This document shows positions 1-11,031 of a stretch of 64,000 bases of DNA, one piece after another; the first letter of the stretch is position 1, and each line of letters starts with the position of its first letter. Position numbers and translations under genes: made by a program. Under the pieces are notes generated by a model. That model was not told the DNA's origin. It saw only the letters and a program-made list of their open reading frames with translations, and made no database searches. The stretch comes from Burkholderiales bacterium (GTDB taxonomy: Bacteria > Pseudomonadota > Gammaproteobacteria > Burkholderiales > Rhodocyclaceae), in contig JBBSCQ010000006.1 of the NCBI GenBank assembly GCA_038250105.1, positions 3,771-67,770 of the forward strand, written 5' to 3'.

Positions 1-830
1 TTTTGCACGCGCATTTGTAGCGGCACGAAGAAATCCGAATCGCGGGTCAGCACTGCCCGCATATTCGGCTCGGCATCGATGCGCGCCTTGAGGCGTTTGG
101 CGACTTGCAGCGTCACGTTCTTTTCATAGGAGCCGCCCTTGCCAATGGCGCCGGGGTCTTCACCACCATGACCGGGGTCAAGCGTAATCGTCACCATACG
201 GTCGACAATCTGCTTACCTGATTTTTTGCTGGTATGCACCTCAGGCGCTTCGACTACTTTTTCTGTTCTCTTTTGGCCAGTTTCATCGAGCTTTTTCTCG
301 ACCTGCGCCACATCCTGATCCATCTTGTAAGGCTCAACCGCATCCTTGCGGCCTTCAAGCAGCGCCATCAGCGGATCAGGCGGGTTGATCGGGTAGACGT
401 CAAGGACCAGACGATGGCCATATTCGCCGGCCGGGGCCAGCGTAAAGACTTGCGGCACTACCTTGGTTTTCAGTTCCATCACCAGGCGCACGACACCTGG
501 CTTGAAACGACCGGCACGCAGGAGCTTGATGTAGGGATCGTCGGTGGCTACCTTGCGGGCCAGGCTGTCGAGCACACTATTGAATTCAACGCCTTCGATA
601 TCAACGACCAGACGGTCAGGATTTTCGACGGTGAAATGGCTGTATTTGAGTGGCGCGTCGTGTTCCAGCGTCACCCGCGTGTAATCAGCGGCGGGCCAGA
701 TACGCACGGCAAGCACCGCCGGCAACTTTGCCGCAGCACCAGCCAGCGGCGATACCGACAGAATCAGTGAGGCGCCGGCGTAACGGAGGAGTTGCCGTCG
801 CCCCAGGCTGAGGCGAGCCCCTTTATACAT
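1..830 (-). CDS. amiC: N-acetylmuramoyl-L-alanine amidase AmiC, N-terminal part (gene continues past the left edge)
   Basis: Own minus-strand translation; the ORF is absent from the track because it has no stop in the window. MYKGARLSLGRRQLLRYAGASLILSVSPLAGAAAK is a twin-arginine signal. AVRIWPAADYTRVTLE is AMIN-type, and TLDPGHGGEDPGAIG is the start of the amidase_3 domain. It sits downstream of tsaE as in many proteobacteria. The + ORF 234..770 is its antisense shadow. Confidence 0.85.
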   Translation of the reverse strand, partial: MYKGARLSLGRRQLLRYAGASLILSVSPLAGAAAKLPAVLAVRIWPAADYTRVTLEHDAPLKYSHFTVENPDRLVVDIEGVEFNSVLDSLARKVATDDPYIKLLRAGRFKPGVVRLVMELKTKVVPQVFTLAPAGEYGHRLVLDVYPINPPDPLMALLEGRKDAVEPYKMDQDVAQVEKKLDETGQKRTEKVVEAPEVHTSKKSGKQIVDRMVTITLDPGHGGEDPGAIGKGGSYEKNVTLQVAKRLKARIDAEPNMRAVLTRDSDFFVPLQMRVQ

Positions 831-1279
831 TGCGTCCCTTCCGGTGAATCTGCCACGGCTTCGAGGTAACGCCCGAAACCTGCATGATGAAGGCGCAGCC
901 GCAGGTCTGGCGATGGAACGCAGCCATGAGCTTGTTCCGGCCACTCAACCAGGCAAACTGCAGAGTCATTAAAGTATTCGCTAAAGCCCGCATCGAGAAA
1001 CTCCTCGGGTGACTCAAAACGATAAAAATCAAAGTGATATAAGTATAAGCTCGAAATTACGTAAACTTCAACCAGAGAATACGTCGGGCTTTTCACCGGG
1101 CCGGCGTAACCCAAGGCACGAATCATGGCGCGGACCAATGTTGTCTTGCCAGTCCCGAGGTCACCTTCAAGGAAAATGACCAGCCCCGGCTGCAACAACG
1201 GCGCCAAAATTTCGCCTAGGCGCTGAGTTGCCGCTTCGTCAGGCAATTGAAAAACGGCGGTAACATCAGGGCTATGCAC
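764..1279 (-). CDS. tsaE: tRNA t6A37 threonylcarbamoyladenosine biosynthesis protein TsaE (YjeE ATPase)
   Basis: P-loop GDLGTGKTTLVRAMIRAL, SPTYSLVEVY and YHFDFYR motifs. Start set at the second GTG (GGAG 8 nt upstream); the long N-terminal extension in the ORF track looks non-coding. The 3' end overlaps the amiC start by about 67 nt. Confidence 0.85.
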   Translation of the reverse strand: MHSPDVTAVFQLPDEAATQRLGEILAPLLQPGLVIFLEGDLGTGKTTLVRAMIRALGYAGPVKSPTYSLVEVYVISSLYLYHFDFYRFESPEEFLDAGFSEYFNDSAVCLVEWPEQAHGCVPSPDLRLRLHHAGFGRYLEAVADSPEGTQCIKGLASAWGDGNSSVTPAPH

Positions 1280-2338
1280 GATCACGACTCCACAGTGGAT
1301 TACGCGGCGCTCAAGGAAGCAATTCGAGCGGCCGGCACAAAATTGGGCTTTGCGGCCATCGGCGTCGCCCGAGCCAAACCGGGCCAAGCGGTTGATGGCC
1401 TGAGGCAATGGCTGGCTGAAGGCTGCCACGGCGAAATGGATTATATGGCCCGCCATGCCGATTTGCGCGCCGAACCGGCACAACTCCAGCCGGGAACAAT
1501 CACCGTCATCTCTGCTGCGGTCGACTATCTGCCACACACAAAAACCGCCGATCAGCCGGAACAGGCGGCGATTTCGCGCTACGCCCAAGGCCGTGATTAT
1601 CATAAGCTGATCCGTAACCGGCTGCAAAAAATGGCCGATGTCATCACTGAGTTGGCTGGGCCATTCGGCTACCGGGTATTTTCTGACTCAGCGCCGGTTA
1701 TGGAGGTTGAATTTGCCCGGCAAGCCGGGCTTGGCTGGCGCGGCAAACACACGCTTTTGCTCTCGCAACAAGGCTCCTGGCGCTTTCTCGGCGAAATTTA
1801 CACCGATCTGCCATTGCCGCCGGATAGCCCGATTGACGAGCACTGCGGCAGTTGCACCGCCTGCCTCGACGCCTGCCCGACCCAAGCGATCATTGCGCCG
1901 TACAAAGTCGATGCTCGGCGCTGTATTTCCTACTTGACGATCGAACTAGCCGGCTCAATTCCTGAAGAGTTCCGTCCCCTGATCGGTAACCGCATTTACG
2001 GCTGCGACGACTGCCAGCTGTGCTGCCCGTGGAACCGTTTTGCCCAACTTGGCGACCCTGACTTCGCGCCGCGCCACGGTCTCGACTCAAGCAGCTTGCT
2101 TGAACTTTTCGCCTGGACAGAGGAGGAATTCAATGACCGACTCGCCGGCAACCCCATTCGCCGTATCGGGTATGAAAAATGGTTACGTAATATTGCAGTT
2201 GCGCTGGGCAATGCGCCATACAGCGAAACGACTGCAAAAGCCTTGCAGCAACAGCAAAACCACCCCTCACCCATGGTCAAAGAGCACGTTGCATGGGCGC
2301 TATTACAACAATATGACGGAAAATCCTCAACGGCCTAA
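1274..2338 (+). CDS. queG: epoxyqueuosine reductase QueG
   Basis: Two 4Fe-4S cysteine clusters, CGSCTACLDACPT and CDDCQLCCPWN, with QueG-like length and N-terminus. The start is uncertain (TTG 1247, ATG 1274 or GTG 1292). Confidence 0.9.
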   Translation: MHDHDSTVDYAALKEAIRAAGTKLGFAAIGVARAKPGQAVDGLRQWLAEGCHGEMDYMARHADLRAEPAQLQPGTITVISAAVDYLPHTKTADQPEQAAISRYAQGRDYHKLIRNRLQKMADVITELAGPFGYRVFSDSAPVMEVEFARQAGLGWRGKHTLLLSQQGSWRFLGEIYTDLPLPPDSPIDEHCGSCTACLDACPTQAIIAPYKVDARRCISYLTIELAGSIPEEFRPLIGNRIYGCDDCQLCCPWNRFAQLGDPDFAPRHGLDSSSLLELFAWTEEEFNDRLAGNPIRRIGYEKWLRNIAVALGNAPYSETTAKALQQQQNHPSPMVKEHVAWALLQQYDGKSSTA

Positions 2339-2391
2339 CCGACAAAGAAATTTGACTGGTATGCTGACCACAAAACTTAGAACGTAGGCCT

Positions 2392-3669
2392 ATGTGGAAA
2401 AAACCTGAAAAGCCCATATCCATTCACCCATCGCAAGTGGTGATCGGGCTCTACGTTTGGCTTGACCTGGGTTGGGACGATCATCCGTTCCTCTACAATC
2501 GCTTTAAAGTGAGCGATGAAAAACAAATTGCCACCATCCAGAGCATGCCACTCGATGGAAAGTTGTTTTATTACCGGGAAAAAAGCAGCGCACAACCTGG
2601 CCCATTAGTCCTTACCCCGGAAGCAAGCATTTCAGAAACAGTTGCAGTCGTGCCGGATCCAGCGCTAGCCAAAGAGATTGCGGAACACAACAAGCAAAAG
2701 CACGACCGTCTGCGCCAGCAAAAAGATTCTGCCGCCCGCGCCGACCGCGCTTGGGAACAAGCGGCGCGAATATCGCGTGAGGCCATGCTGGGCATGGCGC
2801 ATTCGCCCAAGCAAGCCGGTGAAAAACTCCTCGACCTGTCCAAAAAAACAGCTAATCTGATTACCGAGGGACAGGAAGTCCTGCTCCACTTACTGGGCGA
2901 CAAAGAAGGTGAAGGTCCACAGTTCCATGCCCTGAACGTGATGACCTTGGCTATGTTGCTCGGCAAGTCTGCCGGGCTGAACGAAAGCCAGTTGGCCGAA
3001 CTCGCCCTGGGCACACTGGCGCACGACATCGGCAAGGCCAAAGTGCCGGTGCATCTTCTGAAAGCAAAGACCCGCGCCAAGCATGAGGAGGCGTTCTATC
3101 GCCAACACGGCGCCTATGGCCTGGAAATGGCCAGAATATCGGGCGCCTTTGGGCCAGTGGCGCTTTCAATCATCGCCGATCATCACGAATTTATTGATGG
3201 CAGTGGTTGGCCGACTGGTAAAACCAACCCGGGCCCGGCTGCCCGCATTGTTGCGCTGGTCAACCGCTACGACCGATTGTGTTCCCCGGAGTCGCCTGAA
3301 CGTGATGCGCTGATGCCGGCCGAAGCGATGGCGCGGCTGTTTCGCGTTGAGACTGCCAAATTCGACCAGCGCCTGTTGAGCCTGCTGATCAAACTACTGG
3401 GCGTCTATCCGCCCGGTACGCTGGTGCGGCTCAATGACGAATCACTGGGCCTGGTGGTTAGCCCGGGCAAGGAAAGCCTGCGTCCAACCATTCTGGTTTA
3501 TAGCCCGGAATTCAACAAACGCGATGCACCGACGATCAATCTGGCCCAAGTGCCCGAGATCAAGATTGAAGAGGCTTTGCGGCCTTCCACCATTCCGCCG
3601 GATGTCCTGAACTGGCTTAATCCCCGCCAACGCCTGTCGTATTTCTTCTCGACCGAAAAAGCCGGCTGA
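2392..3669 (+). CDS. HD-GYP family metal-dependent phosphohydrolase (probable c-di-GMP phosphodiesterase) with DUF3391-like N-terminus
   Basis: HDIGK followed by HHEFIDGSGWP. This is the HD-GYP signature HHExxDGxGYP with W in place of Y. Confidence 0.8.
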   Translation: MWKKPEKPISIHPSQVVIGLYVWLDLGWDDHPFLYNRFKVSDEKQIATIQSMPLDGKLFYYREKSSAQPGPLVLTPEASISETVAVVPDPALAKEIAEHNKQKHDRLRQQKDSAARADRAWEQAARISREAMLGMAHSPKQAGEKLLDLSKKTANLITEGQEVLLHLLGDKEGEGPQFHALNVMTLAMLLGKSAGLNESQLAELALGTLAHDIGKAKVPVHLLKAKTRAKHEEAFYRQHGAYGLEMARISGAFGPVALSIIADHHEFIDGSGWPTGKTNPGPAARIVALVNRYDRLCSPESPERDALMPAEAMARLFRVETAKFDQRLLSLLIKLLGVYPPGTLVRLNDESLGLVVSPGKESLRPTILVYSPEFNKRDAPTINLAQVPEIKIEEALRPSTIPPDVLNWLNPRQRLSYFFSTEKAG

Positions 3670-3736
3670 GCATAAAGTGTAATTCGATACGGCGAGCCAC
3701 CCTTAACGCAATCGCTGAATTTAGCCTTTTTTTGGT

Positions 3737-3748
3737 GTTGACCGCAGC
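3737..3748 (-). repeat. intergenic copy of the over-represented word GCTGCGGTCAAC followed by an A-run
   Basis: The minus strand reads GTGCTGCGGTCAACACCAAAAAAAGG. It lies about 60 nt downstream of the sseA stop, in the same orientation as sseA. See finding 1. Confidence 0.7.
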
Positions 3749-3806
3749 ACGATCGCAATACGACCCGACTCAATGCATCAGGCTTGGCCGGAGTGGCTAA
3801 AACCTG

Positions 3807-4649
3807 TCAGTTTTTTTCTACTGGCCGATTGCAATCGCTACACCACTCGCTCCACGAACCACCATACAGGCGTGATCCGGCAAGCCCAGCAATCTCCATC
3901 GCAAGAATATTGTGGCAAGCGGAAACACCAGAACCACATTGGTGCACAACCTGCTCCGGCAAGCTGCCCGCAAGGAGCGCCAGCCATTCAGCGCGCAATG
4001 TTGCAGCCGGTTTGAAGCGGCCATCTGCCTGCAAATTTTCGCGAAAAAAGCGGTTGACCGCACCAGGGATATGGCCACCAACAGGATCAATGGTTTCGTT
4101 TTCGCCACGATAACGATCCGGGCTGCGAGCATCGACCAGATGCATACGCGAGGTGGCGAGAAAGGATTGGACGTAATTGGCGTCGACACAGCGGTCACAA
4201 ATTTTCGCCACGAAACTGGTTGGCCGAAGCAGCGGCAATTGTTGCGTTAGTGCCCCGTTCGCTGCCTGCCAGGCCTGAAATCCACCATCCAGCAAACCCA
4301 CTTGTTCATGGCCGAGCCAGCGCAACAGCCACCACAGGCGCCCGGCGATCATGCCTTGGGCGTCGTCATAGACAACGACCTGGGTTTGCCGACCAACACC
4401 GATTTCGCCCAAGCGTTTCGCCAGCGTTTCAGCATCCGGCAAGGGATGGCGACCATTCGCACCGGTAACCGACCCTGATAGGTCACGATCACAATGGAGA
4501 AAAACCGCGCCGGGAATATGGTTTTCGGCATAAACCCGATCGCCATAGCCGGTATCCGCCAACTGATGCCGGACATCAATCACCAACCAGTCGGGATCGT
4601 TCAGATGCGCCGCCAGCGCGGCGACATCAACCAGCGTCGTGTAGCTCAT
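3807..4649 (-). CDS. sseA: rhodanese-type sulfurtransferase (3-mercaptopyruvate/thiosulfate sulfurtransferase)
   Basis: Two-rhodanese-domain length (280 aa) and the active-site loop CGSGVSACH. Confidence 0.85.
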   Translation of the reverse strand: MSYTTLVDVAALAAHLNDPDWLVIDVRHQLADTGYGDRVYAENHIPGAVFLHCDRDLSGSVTGANGRHPLPDAETLAKRLGEIGVGRQTQVVVYDDAQGMIAGRLWWLLRWLGHEQVGLLDGGFQAWQAANGALTQQLPLLRPTSFVAKICDRCVDANYVQSFLATSRMHLVDARSPDRYRGENETIDPVGGHIPGAVNRFFRENLQADGRFKPAATLRAEWLALLAGSLPEQVVHQCGSGVSACHNILAMEIAGLAGSRLYGGSWSEWCSDCNRPVEKN

Positions 4650-4996
4650 GGTGCCGCATCAAGCCAGGATTTGGCTTCATCGGCGCTATCAAAGACCTCG
4701 ACATCGGCATTGACAAAGGTCTGCGATAACCAGGCGCTCCAGGTGACCCACTGGCTATCGGTCACCACGGCAACGCGTTTGAAATCATTGGCGTGGGCGC
4801 GGGAAAACTTGATTTCCTCCCAAGCTACGTCAATGGTCAGATCAGCCATTTGGCTCAGGTCAAAATAAAGATCAACCGGGCCTTCAAACTTGATCTTGAA
4901 ATTGACGACTTCTTCGAATTCCTTGTAATCCGCCAAGGTAAATTCACCAAAGACAGAAACGCCGACACGGCTGGGTTGATGGTCGATGACAATCAT
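4646..4996 (-). CDS. STAS/SpoIIAA-like small protein (DUF3478-type)
   Basis: 116-aa acidic ORF whose stop overlaps the sseA start by 4 nt. Family assignment is by remembered sequence resemblance only. Confidence 0.55.
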   Translation of the reverse strand: MIVIDHQPSRVGVSVFGEFTLADYKEFEEVVNFKIKFEGPVDLYFDLSQMADLTIDVAWEEIKFSRAHANDFKRVAVVTDSQWVTWSAWLSQTFVNADVEVFDSADEAKSWLDAAP

Positions 4997-5026
4997 GATT
5001 TGACTCCGTTGTTGTTTGTCACGAGT

Positions 5027-5878
5027 TTAATCCTGTTCTACCGGGCTGGCGCGGGAAAAGTGCGTAGCCGCAATACCGGAGAGGATGATCAGCCCGATGG
5101 CGAGCCAGGCCGAGGCATCGAGCACCTCGCCCCAGAAGAACACGCCGAACAGGCTGGAGAAGATCACGGTACTGTAGGCCAGTGCTGCCGACATCAGGGT
5201 TTTTCCCCGCGTGTAGGCGCGCGTCATGGCCAGCTGGGCAACCGTGGCAAATGAAGCAACACCGAGCAAAAGCAGCCCACTATGCCAGTCGACCGCATGC
5301 AGTTCACTGAACAGAAGCCAGGCACCGGCGCAGACCGAGGAAACCAGCGAGAAGTAAAAAACAGTCCGCGTTTCCGGCTCACCGCGCGCCCCAAGCTCAC
5401 GCACACTGAAATAGGCCATACCGGCGAGGACACCGGAACCGAGGCCAATCAGGCCACCGACCAATTGATCAGCATGAAACGCCGGCTTGAGCAGCATTGC
5501 CACGCCAATCAGGCCGATAACCAGCGCGCCAAGAATACCGGCGCGCATTCGTATGCCGGCCAAGGCGAGATAAATCGCTAGGAAGATCGCCGAGGTGTAG
5601 TTGAGGGTCACCGCCGTCGCTAGTGGCAACAGCGTAATCGCATAAAAATAGGCAAAGAGAGCCGAGAAGCCGACGACACCCCGGCTGATTTGCCAGCGCC
5701 AGTGTGGCGTGGCCAAAGGCACGCCCTGCAAGCGAACCAGGCCAAACATCAGAATCAGCGAAATGAAGCTACGGTAAAAGGTGATTTCGACTGCCGAATG
5801 CGTTGCCGCGGCATATTTGACGCACACCCCCATGCAGGCAAAAAGCAGGCTGGCGACCAGCATCCAGAGGGATTGCAT
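5027..5878 (-). CDS. EamA/DMT family transporter
   Basis: 283 aa and about 10 hydrophobic helices in two similar halves, typical of EamA-domain permeases. Confidence 0.8.
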   Translation of the reverse strand: MQSLWMLVASLLFACMGVCVKYAAATHSAVEITFYRSFISLILMFGLVRLQGVPLATPHWRWQISRGVVGFSALFAYFYAITLLPLATAVTLNYTSAIFLAIYLALAGIRMRAGILGALVIGLIGVAMLLKPAFHADQLVGGLIGLGSGVLAGMAYFSVRELGARGEPETRTVFYFSLVSSVCAGAWLLFSELHAVDWHSGLLLLGVASFATVAQLAMTRAYTRGKTLMSAALAYSTVIFSSLFGVFFWGEVLDASAWLAIGLIILSGIAATHFSRASPVEQD

Positions 5879-5944
5879 TGGCGTGACTCAAAATGAAAAA
5901 GGCGGCGGATTTTACCCCGACGCCCTGATTGATGTAGCCGACGC

Positions 5945-7069
5945 TTAAATGTGCGCTTGCATGATCCGCCGATAGAACTCGTGGAAATGCTGCATGCCGT
6001 CTTCCATCGGGCTCTGGTAAGGGCCGACTTCATTGTGCCCTTCTTTCATCAGCGCATAGCGACCACGATCCATCCGTTCGCCAATTTCGTCGTCCTCAAC
6101 GGCAGTTTCCATATAGGCGGCACGCTCGGCTTCGATGAAATCGCGCTCAAAATCGACGATTTCTTCCGGATAATAAAATTCAACGACATTCAAGGTTTTG
6201 TTATCCGATTGCGGAATCAGCGTCGACACAACCAGCACATGTGGATACCACTCGACCATGATGTTCGGGAAGTAGGTCAGCCAGATGGCGCCATGTTCCG
6301 GCGCTTTGCCTTCGCTGCCATAAATGTCGAGCACAGCTTTTTGCCAGCGTTCGTAGGCTTTCGAACCGGATTTTTTCAGCGAGGTAATACCAACGCGCTG
6401 GACGGAATACCAATCGCCAAACTGCCAGGTCAAATCATCGCAGCTAACGAAGTTGCCCAGCCCCGGGTGATACGGCGCCACGTGGTAGTCCTCAAGATAA
6501 ACCTCGATAAAGGTCTTCCAGTTGTAATTGCACTCGTGCATCTCGACGTGATCGAGCTTATAACCGGTGAAATCGAGGCCGCCAGCGACGTTCATCCCGG
6601 CCAGATCGGCATTGGCTGAACGTGGGCCTTTGAAAAGCAGACCGTTCCAGTTTTCCAGCTTGGCTTTGTTCAAATTCAAACAAGGGTTCTGCGGAAAATG
6701 CGGCGCGCCGATCAGTTCGCCACCGGTAGCGTAAGTCCAGCGGTGAATCGGGCAGACAATATTGCCCGGCAAATTACCGGAACCTTGCAACATGATCGCC
6801 TGGCGGTGGCGACAGACGTTGGACATCTGCCAATTGCCCGCATTGGCACCTTCATGGCCACCGTTGAGCAACATCTGGCCGTGATCCTTCCAGGCTAGCG
6901 TCCGATAATCCCCTGCTTCCGGCACCATTAACTGATGCCCCACATAGCCGGGGCCGGCATCGAAGATAAGTTTTTTCTCCAGCGCAAAAATCTTTTCGCC
7001 GAAATACCAGTCCACCGGCAGTTGCGAAACTGCCGGGGCCACACGGGACAAAGTCGCCACGTCGGACAT
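5945..7069 (-). CDS. Rieske [2Fe-2S] aromatic-ring-hydroxylating oxygenase alpha-subunit-like protein
   Basis: Rieske motif CRHRQAIM...CPIHRWTY, and a non-haem iron motif region EVYLEDYHVAPYHPG. The substrate cannot be inferred. Confidence 0.8.
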   Translation of the reverse strand: MSDVATLSRVAPAVSQLPVDWYFGEKIFALEKKLIFDAGPGYVGHQLMVPEAGDYRTLAWKDHGQMLLNGGHEGANAGNWQMSNVCRHRQAIMLQGSGNLPGNIVCPIHRWTYATGGELIGAPHFPQNPCLNLNKAKLENWNGLLFKGPRSANADLAGMNVAGGLDFTGYKLDHVEMHECNYNWKTFIEVYLEDYHVAPYHPGLGNFVSCDDLTWQFGDWYSVQRVGITSLKKSGSKAYERWQKAVLDIYGSEGKAPEHGAIWLTYFPNIMVEWYPHVLVVSTLIPQSDNKTLNVVEFYYPEEIVDFERDFIEAERAAYMETAVEDDEIGERMDRGRYALMKEGHNEVGPYQSPMEDGMQHFHEFYRRIMQAHI

Positions 7070-7173
7070 TCCATGCCTTCAGCGGGTTAAAAATGGGCAT
7101 TTTACTCTCCCGACGATTTGACCTAAAGCCCCTTGATAGAGTATTTTCGCGTGTTTCCCAAAAGCCGGATGAC

Positions 7174-7413
7174 ATGGATCAATCCCCCATCGACGACATG
7201 AAATTCGAGACAGCGCTCGCCGACCTTGAAAACATCGTCGCCAGCATGGAAGGTGGCAAGCTTGAACTCGAAGCCTCAATCGCCGCCTACCGCCGTGGTA
7301 TGGAACTGATGCAGCACTGTCAGGCCCAATTGACGGACGCCGAAACACAGATCCGCATTCTTGAAAATGGCCAGTTTAAAGACGTTGACCGCAGCACTCT
7401 GGAGGCTCAGTGA
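7174..7413 (+). CDS. xseB: exodeoxyribonuclease VII small subunit
   Basis: FETALADLENIVASMEGGKLELEASIAAYRRGMELMQHC is typical XseB. Start moved to the internal ATG that gives about 79 aa. Confidence 0.9.
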   Translation: MDQSPIDDMKFETALADLENIVASMEGGKLELEASIAAYRRGMELMQHCQAQLTDAETQIRILENGQFKDVDRSTLEAQ

Positions 7414-8303
7414 GTACAAGCCCGTTTGCCGAATGGATGGCAGCGACGCAAAGCCGCGTAGAAACCGCCCTCGCCCAGCACCTGCCGGGCCCGGACTGCA
7501 TTCCGGCTCGCCTGCATGACGCCATGCGCTACGCCACCTTGGGTGGCGGCAAGCGCGTTCGTCCGCTACTCGTCGTTGCTGCCGGTGAATTAACTGACGC
7601 GGCAGCAGAACAGCTTGATACCGTCAGCTGTGCCGTCGAAATGATCCACGCCTACTCGCTGGTCCATGACGACCTGCCCTGCATGGACAACGATGACTTG
7701 CGGCGCGGCCGGCCAACCTGCCATATTGAATATGACGAACCGACCGCCCTGCTGGTTGGCGACAGCCTGCAAACGCTGGCTTTTGAAATACTGGCCAGCC
7801 AAGCGAGTGGCGAACCGGCCCGTCAGCTTGAAATGATCAAACTACTCACCCATGCCAGCGGCTCGCGCGGCATGGCTGGCGGCCAGGCGATTGATCTTGC
7901 CTCGGTCGGCAAAGCCTTGAGCCAACCTGAACTGGAACTAATGCACGCGTTAAAAACCGGTGCCCTGATCCGCGCCGCCGTTTTGCTCGGCGCCCTAAGT
8001 GGTCAAGCATTGTCAGCCGATGAACGGCAGAACCTCGACCGCTTCGCCAAGCGGGCCGGCCTGCTCTTCCAGGTCGTCGATGACATCCTCGACTGCACCG
8101 CCAGCACCGCTACCTTGGGCAAAACCGCTGGCAAGGACGAGGCCGCCGCCAAGCCAACTTATGTCAGCCTGCTCGGCCTCAATGCCGCGCGCGCCTACGC
8201 CGACGAACTGCGCAGCGACGCCCTCGCCGCCCTCGCCATTTTTGGCGATCGTGCCACCCGCCTGATCCAACTGACTGACTTCATCTGTCACCGGCAATTC
8301 TAA
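7410..8303 (+). CDS. ispA: farnesyl diphosphate synthase
   Basis: First and second aspartate-rich motifs, [17 protein letters not shown] and [12 protein letters not shown] start overlaps the xseB stop. Classic xseB-ispA-dxs order. Confidence 0.93.
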   Translation: MSTSPFAEWMAATQSRVETALAQHLPGPDCIPARLHDAMRYATLGGGKRVRPLLVVAAGELTDAAAEQLDTVSCAVEMIHAYSLVHDDLPCMDNDDLRRGRPTCHIEYDEPTALLVGDSLQTLAFEILASQASGEPARQLEMIKLLTHASGSRGMAGGQAIDLASVGKALSQPELELMHALKTGALIRAAVLLGALSGQALSADERQNLDRFAKRAGLLFQVVDDILDCTASTATLGKTAGKDEAAAKPTYVSLLGLNAARAYADELRSDALAALAIFGDRATRLIQLTDFICHRQF

Positions 8304-8304
8304 A

Positions 8305-10164
8305 ATGAGCGCCTCTTTGCTTGAAACTATCAACAGCCCGGCCGACCTGCGCCGCCTGGATCGCAAGCAATTGCCACAACTGGCAACCGAACTGCGCGCC
8401 TTCCTGATCGACTCGGTGTCGCAAACCGGCGGCCACCTCTCATCAAACCTCGGCACGATCGAACTGACCATCGCCCTGCACGCCGTCTTCAACACACCGG
8501 AAGACCGGCTGGTCTGGGACGTCGGTCACCAGTGCTATGCCCACAAGATCCTCACCGGCCGCCGCGAAGGCATGAGTACGTTACGTATGCATGGCGGCGT
8601 CTCCGGCTTCCCCAAGCGCAGCGAAAGCCCTTACGACACCTTTGGCGTCGGCCACTCATCGACCTCGATCTCCGCCGCCCTCGGCATGGCCCTGGCCGCC
8701 AAGCACAAAGGCGAAGACCGCAAGGCAGTTGCCATCATTGGTGACGGCGCGATGTCAGCCGGCATGGCTTTCGAGGCCATGAACAACGCCGGCGTTGCCG
8801 ATGCCGACATGCTGGTCATTCTTAACGACAACGAGATGTCGATTTCGCCGCCGGTCGGCGCACTCAACAACATCCTGACCCGGCTGACGTCGAGCAAGAC
8901 CTTCAATGCCGCCCGCGACGGCGCCCGCAATATGCTCGGCTTCGCCCCGCCACTACTCGAACTGGCCCGCCGGGCCGAAGAGCACGTCAAAGGCATGATT
9001 GCCCCGGGCACGCTTTTCGAAGAGTTTGGCTTCCATTACTACGGCCCAATTGACGGCCATGACCTCGATGCCCTGATCCCGACGCTGGAAAACTTGCGCC
9101 AGCTTAAAGGCCCCAAATTCCTCCATGTCATCACCAAAAAAGGCCAAGGCTACAAACTGGCCGAAGCGGACCCGATCCTTTATCACGGCGTCGGCAAATT
9201 CGAGCCGGACGTTGGCATTAAAGCCAGCAAGGGTGGCAAGCTGACCTACACCCAGGTTTTTGGTGACTGGCTGTGTGACATGGCCAAGGCTGACTCCCGG
9301 CTGGTTGGCATCACCCCGGCGATGCGTGAAGGCTCTGGCCTGCTGCGCTTTTCGGCCGAATACCCGGACCGCTATTTCGATGTTGGCATCGCCGAACAAC
9401 ACGCCGTCACCCTCGCCGCCGGTCTCGCCTGCGAAGGTTTGAAGCCGGTCGTCGCCATTTACTCGACCTTCCTGCAACGGGCTTACGATCAACTGATTCA
9501 CGACGTCGCCCTGCAGAATTTACCGGTCATTTTCGCCGTCGACCGCGGCGGTCTGGTGGGTGCCGATGGCCCGACCCACCACGGCACCTTCGACCTCTCC
9601 TTCGTTACCTGCATCCCCAATATGGTTGTCATGACCCCGGCTGACGAAGTCGAATGCCGCAAGATGCTGTCCACCGCCTATGCGCTTGATGGCCCGAGCA
9701 TGGTGCGCTACCCACGCGGTGGTGGCACCGGCACAGTGCCAGAAATGAATCTCGACACACTGCCCGTTGGCAAGGGAGAAATCCGCCGCACCGGCCAGGG
9801 TATTGCCCTGCTCGCCTTTGGCAGCCTGGTCCCGGCCGCGCTGGCTGCCGGTGAAGAGCTGGATGCCACTGTCGCCAACATGCGCTTCGTCAAACCGCTC
9901 GATGTCGACCTGATTGTCGAACTTGCCGGGAACCATTCCCTGCTGGTCAGTATCGAAGAGAATGCCGTGATTGGTGGCGCAGGTTCGGAAATCGAACGCG
10001 TCTTGGCCGAACGTGGGATGAAGGTGAAATTCCTGCGCCTCGGCCTGCCGGATCGCTTCATTGACCACGGCGAGCAGAATCAACTACTGGCCGAACTTGG
10101 CCTCGACAAAAATGGCATCGTGCGTGCAGTAGGTGAAATGCGCGCCCTAACCAACACACAATAA
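8305..10164 (+). CDS. dxs: 1-deoxy-D-xylulose-5-phosphate synthase
   Basis: 619 aa with [18 protein letters not shown], the ThDP-binding [16 protein letters not shown], and transketolase-like C-terminal domains. Confidence 0.97.
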   Translation: MSASLLETINSPADLRRLDRKQLPQLATELRAFLIDSVSQTGGHLSSNLGTIELTIALHAVFNTPEDRLVWDVGHQCYAHKILTGRREGMSTLRMHGGVSGFPKRSESPYDTFGVGHSSTSISAALGMALAAKHKGEDRKAVAIIGDGAMSAGMAFEAMNNAGVADADMLVILNDNEMSISPPVGALNNILTRLTSSKTFNAARDGARNMLGFAPPLLELARRAEEHVKGMIAPGTLFEEFGFHYYGPIDGHDLDALIPTLENLRQLKGPKFLHVITKKGQGYKLAEADPILYHGVGKFEPDVGIKASKGGKLTYTQVFGDWLCDMAKADSRLVGITPAMREGSGLLRFSAEYPDRYFDVGIAEQHAVTLAAGLACEGLKPVVAIYSTFLQRAYDQLIHDVALQNLPVIFAVDRGGLVGADGPTHHGTFDLSFVTCIPNMVVMTPADEVECRKMLSTAYALDGPSMVRYPRGGGTGTVPEMNLDTLPVGKGEIRRTGQGIALLAFGSLVPAALAAGEELDATVANMRFVKPLDVDLIVELAGNHSLLVSIEENAVIGGAGSEIERVLAERGMKVKFLRLGLPDRFIDHGEQNQLLAELGLDKNGIVRAVGEMRALTNTQ

Positions 10165-10182
10165 TTCATCTAAGAACAGCCC

Positions 10183-10983
10183 ATGAACACCCCCAACACT
10201 GCCATCCCCGACGTTCAGAACTCAGCCGACACGCGCCATATTGCCATTAACAAAGTCGGCATCAAGGCTATCCGCCACCCGATCAAGGTGCAGGATAAAT
10301 CGGTCGGCATCCAGCACACCATCGCTATGTTCAACATGTACGTCAGCCTGCCGCACAACTTCAAGGGCACGCATATGTCGCGCTTTGTGGAGATTCTGAA
10401 CAGTCACGAACGCGAAATTTCGGTGGAAAACTTCCCGGCCATGTTGCGTGAAATGGTGGTCAAACTCGAAGCCGAAACCGGCCACATCGAGATGAACTTC
10501 CCCTACTTCATCAACAAGACGGCGCCAGTTTCCGGTGTGCAAAGTTTGATGGACTACGACGTCACCCTTATCGGCGAAATCTGCCATGGTGAAATCGCCA
10601 CATCAGTCAAAGTCGTTGTCCCGGTGACCAGCCTCTGCCCCTGTTCGAAGAAAATTTCCGAGTATGGCGCTCACAACCAGCGCTCACACGTCACCGTAAC
10701 GGCCAAGACCAACGACTTCCTCTGGATTGAAGAACTGGTCCAACTGGTTGAACAGGAAGCCTCCTGCGAGCTTTACGGCCTGCTCAAGCGCCCGGACGAA
10801 AAGTACGTCACTGAACGCGCTTACGATAACCCCAAGTTCGTCGAAGACATGGTCCGCGACGTTGCCGCTCGCCTGAACACTGAAAGCCGCATCGACTCCT
10901 ACGTGGTGGAATCGGAGAATTTCGAGTCGATCCATAATCACTCAGCCTACGCGCTGATTGAAAAAGACAAAACCCAAGCTTGA
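10183..10983 (+). CDS. folE2: GTP cyclohydrolase FolE2 (type IB)
   Basis: 266 aa. [29 protein letters not shown] and [19 protein letters not shown] are FolE2-type motifs. Confidence 0.9.
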   Translation: MNTPNTAIPDVQNSADTRHIAINKVGIKAIRHPIKVQDKSVGIQHTIAMFNMYVSLPHNFKGTHMSRFVEILNSHEREISVENFPAMLREMVVKLEAETGHIEMNFPYFINKTAPVSGVQSLMDYDVTLIGEICHGEIATSVKVVVPVTSLCPCSKKISEYGAHNQRSHVTVTAKTNDFLWIEELVQLVEQEASCELYGLLKRPDEKYVTERAYDNPKFVEDMVRDVAARLNTESRIDSYVVESENFESIHNHSAYALIEKDKTQA

Positions 10984-11031
10984 TCGTAACTGCTCCGGTC
11001 GACGCCTTATTTTAGGCAAAAACCAGATACA

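Noticed and set aside
3670-3806. Rho-independent terminator between convergent HD-GYP and sseA genes
   Set aside because: A T-run is present (CCTTTTTTTGG) but I could not find a convincing GC-rich stem next to it. Only the repeat word is annotated there.
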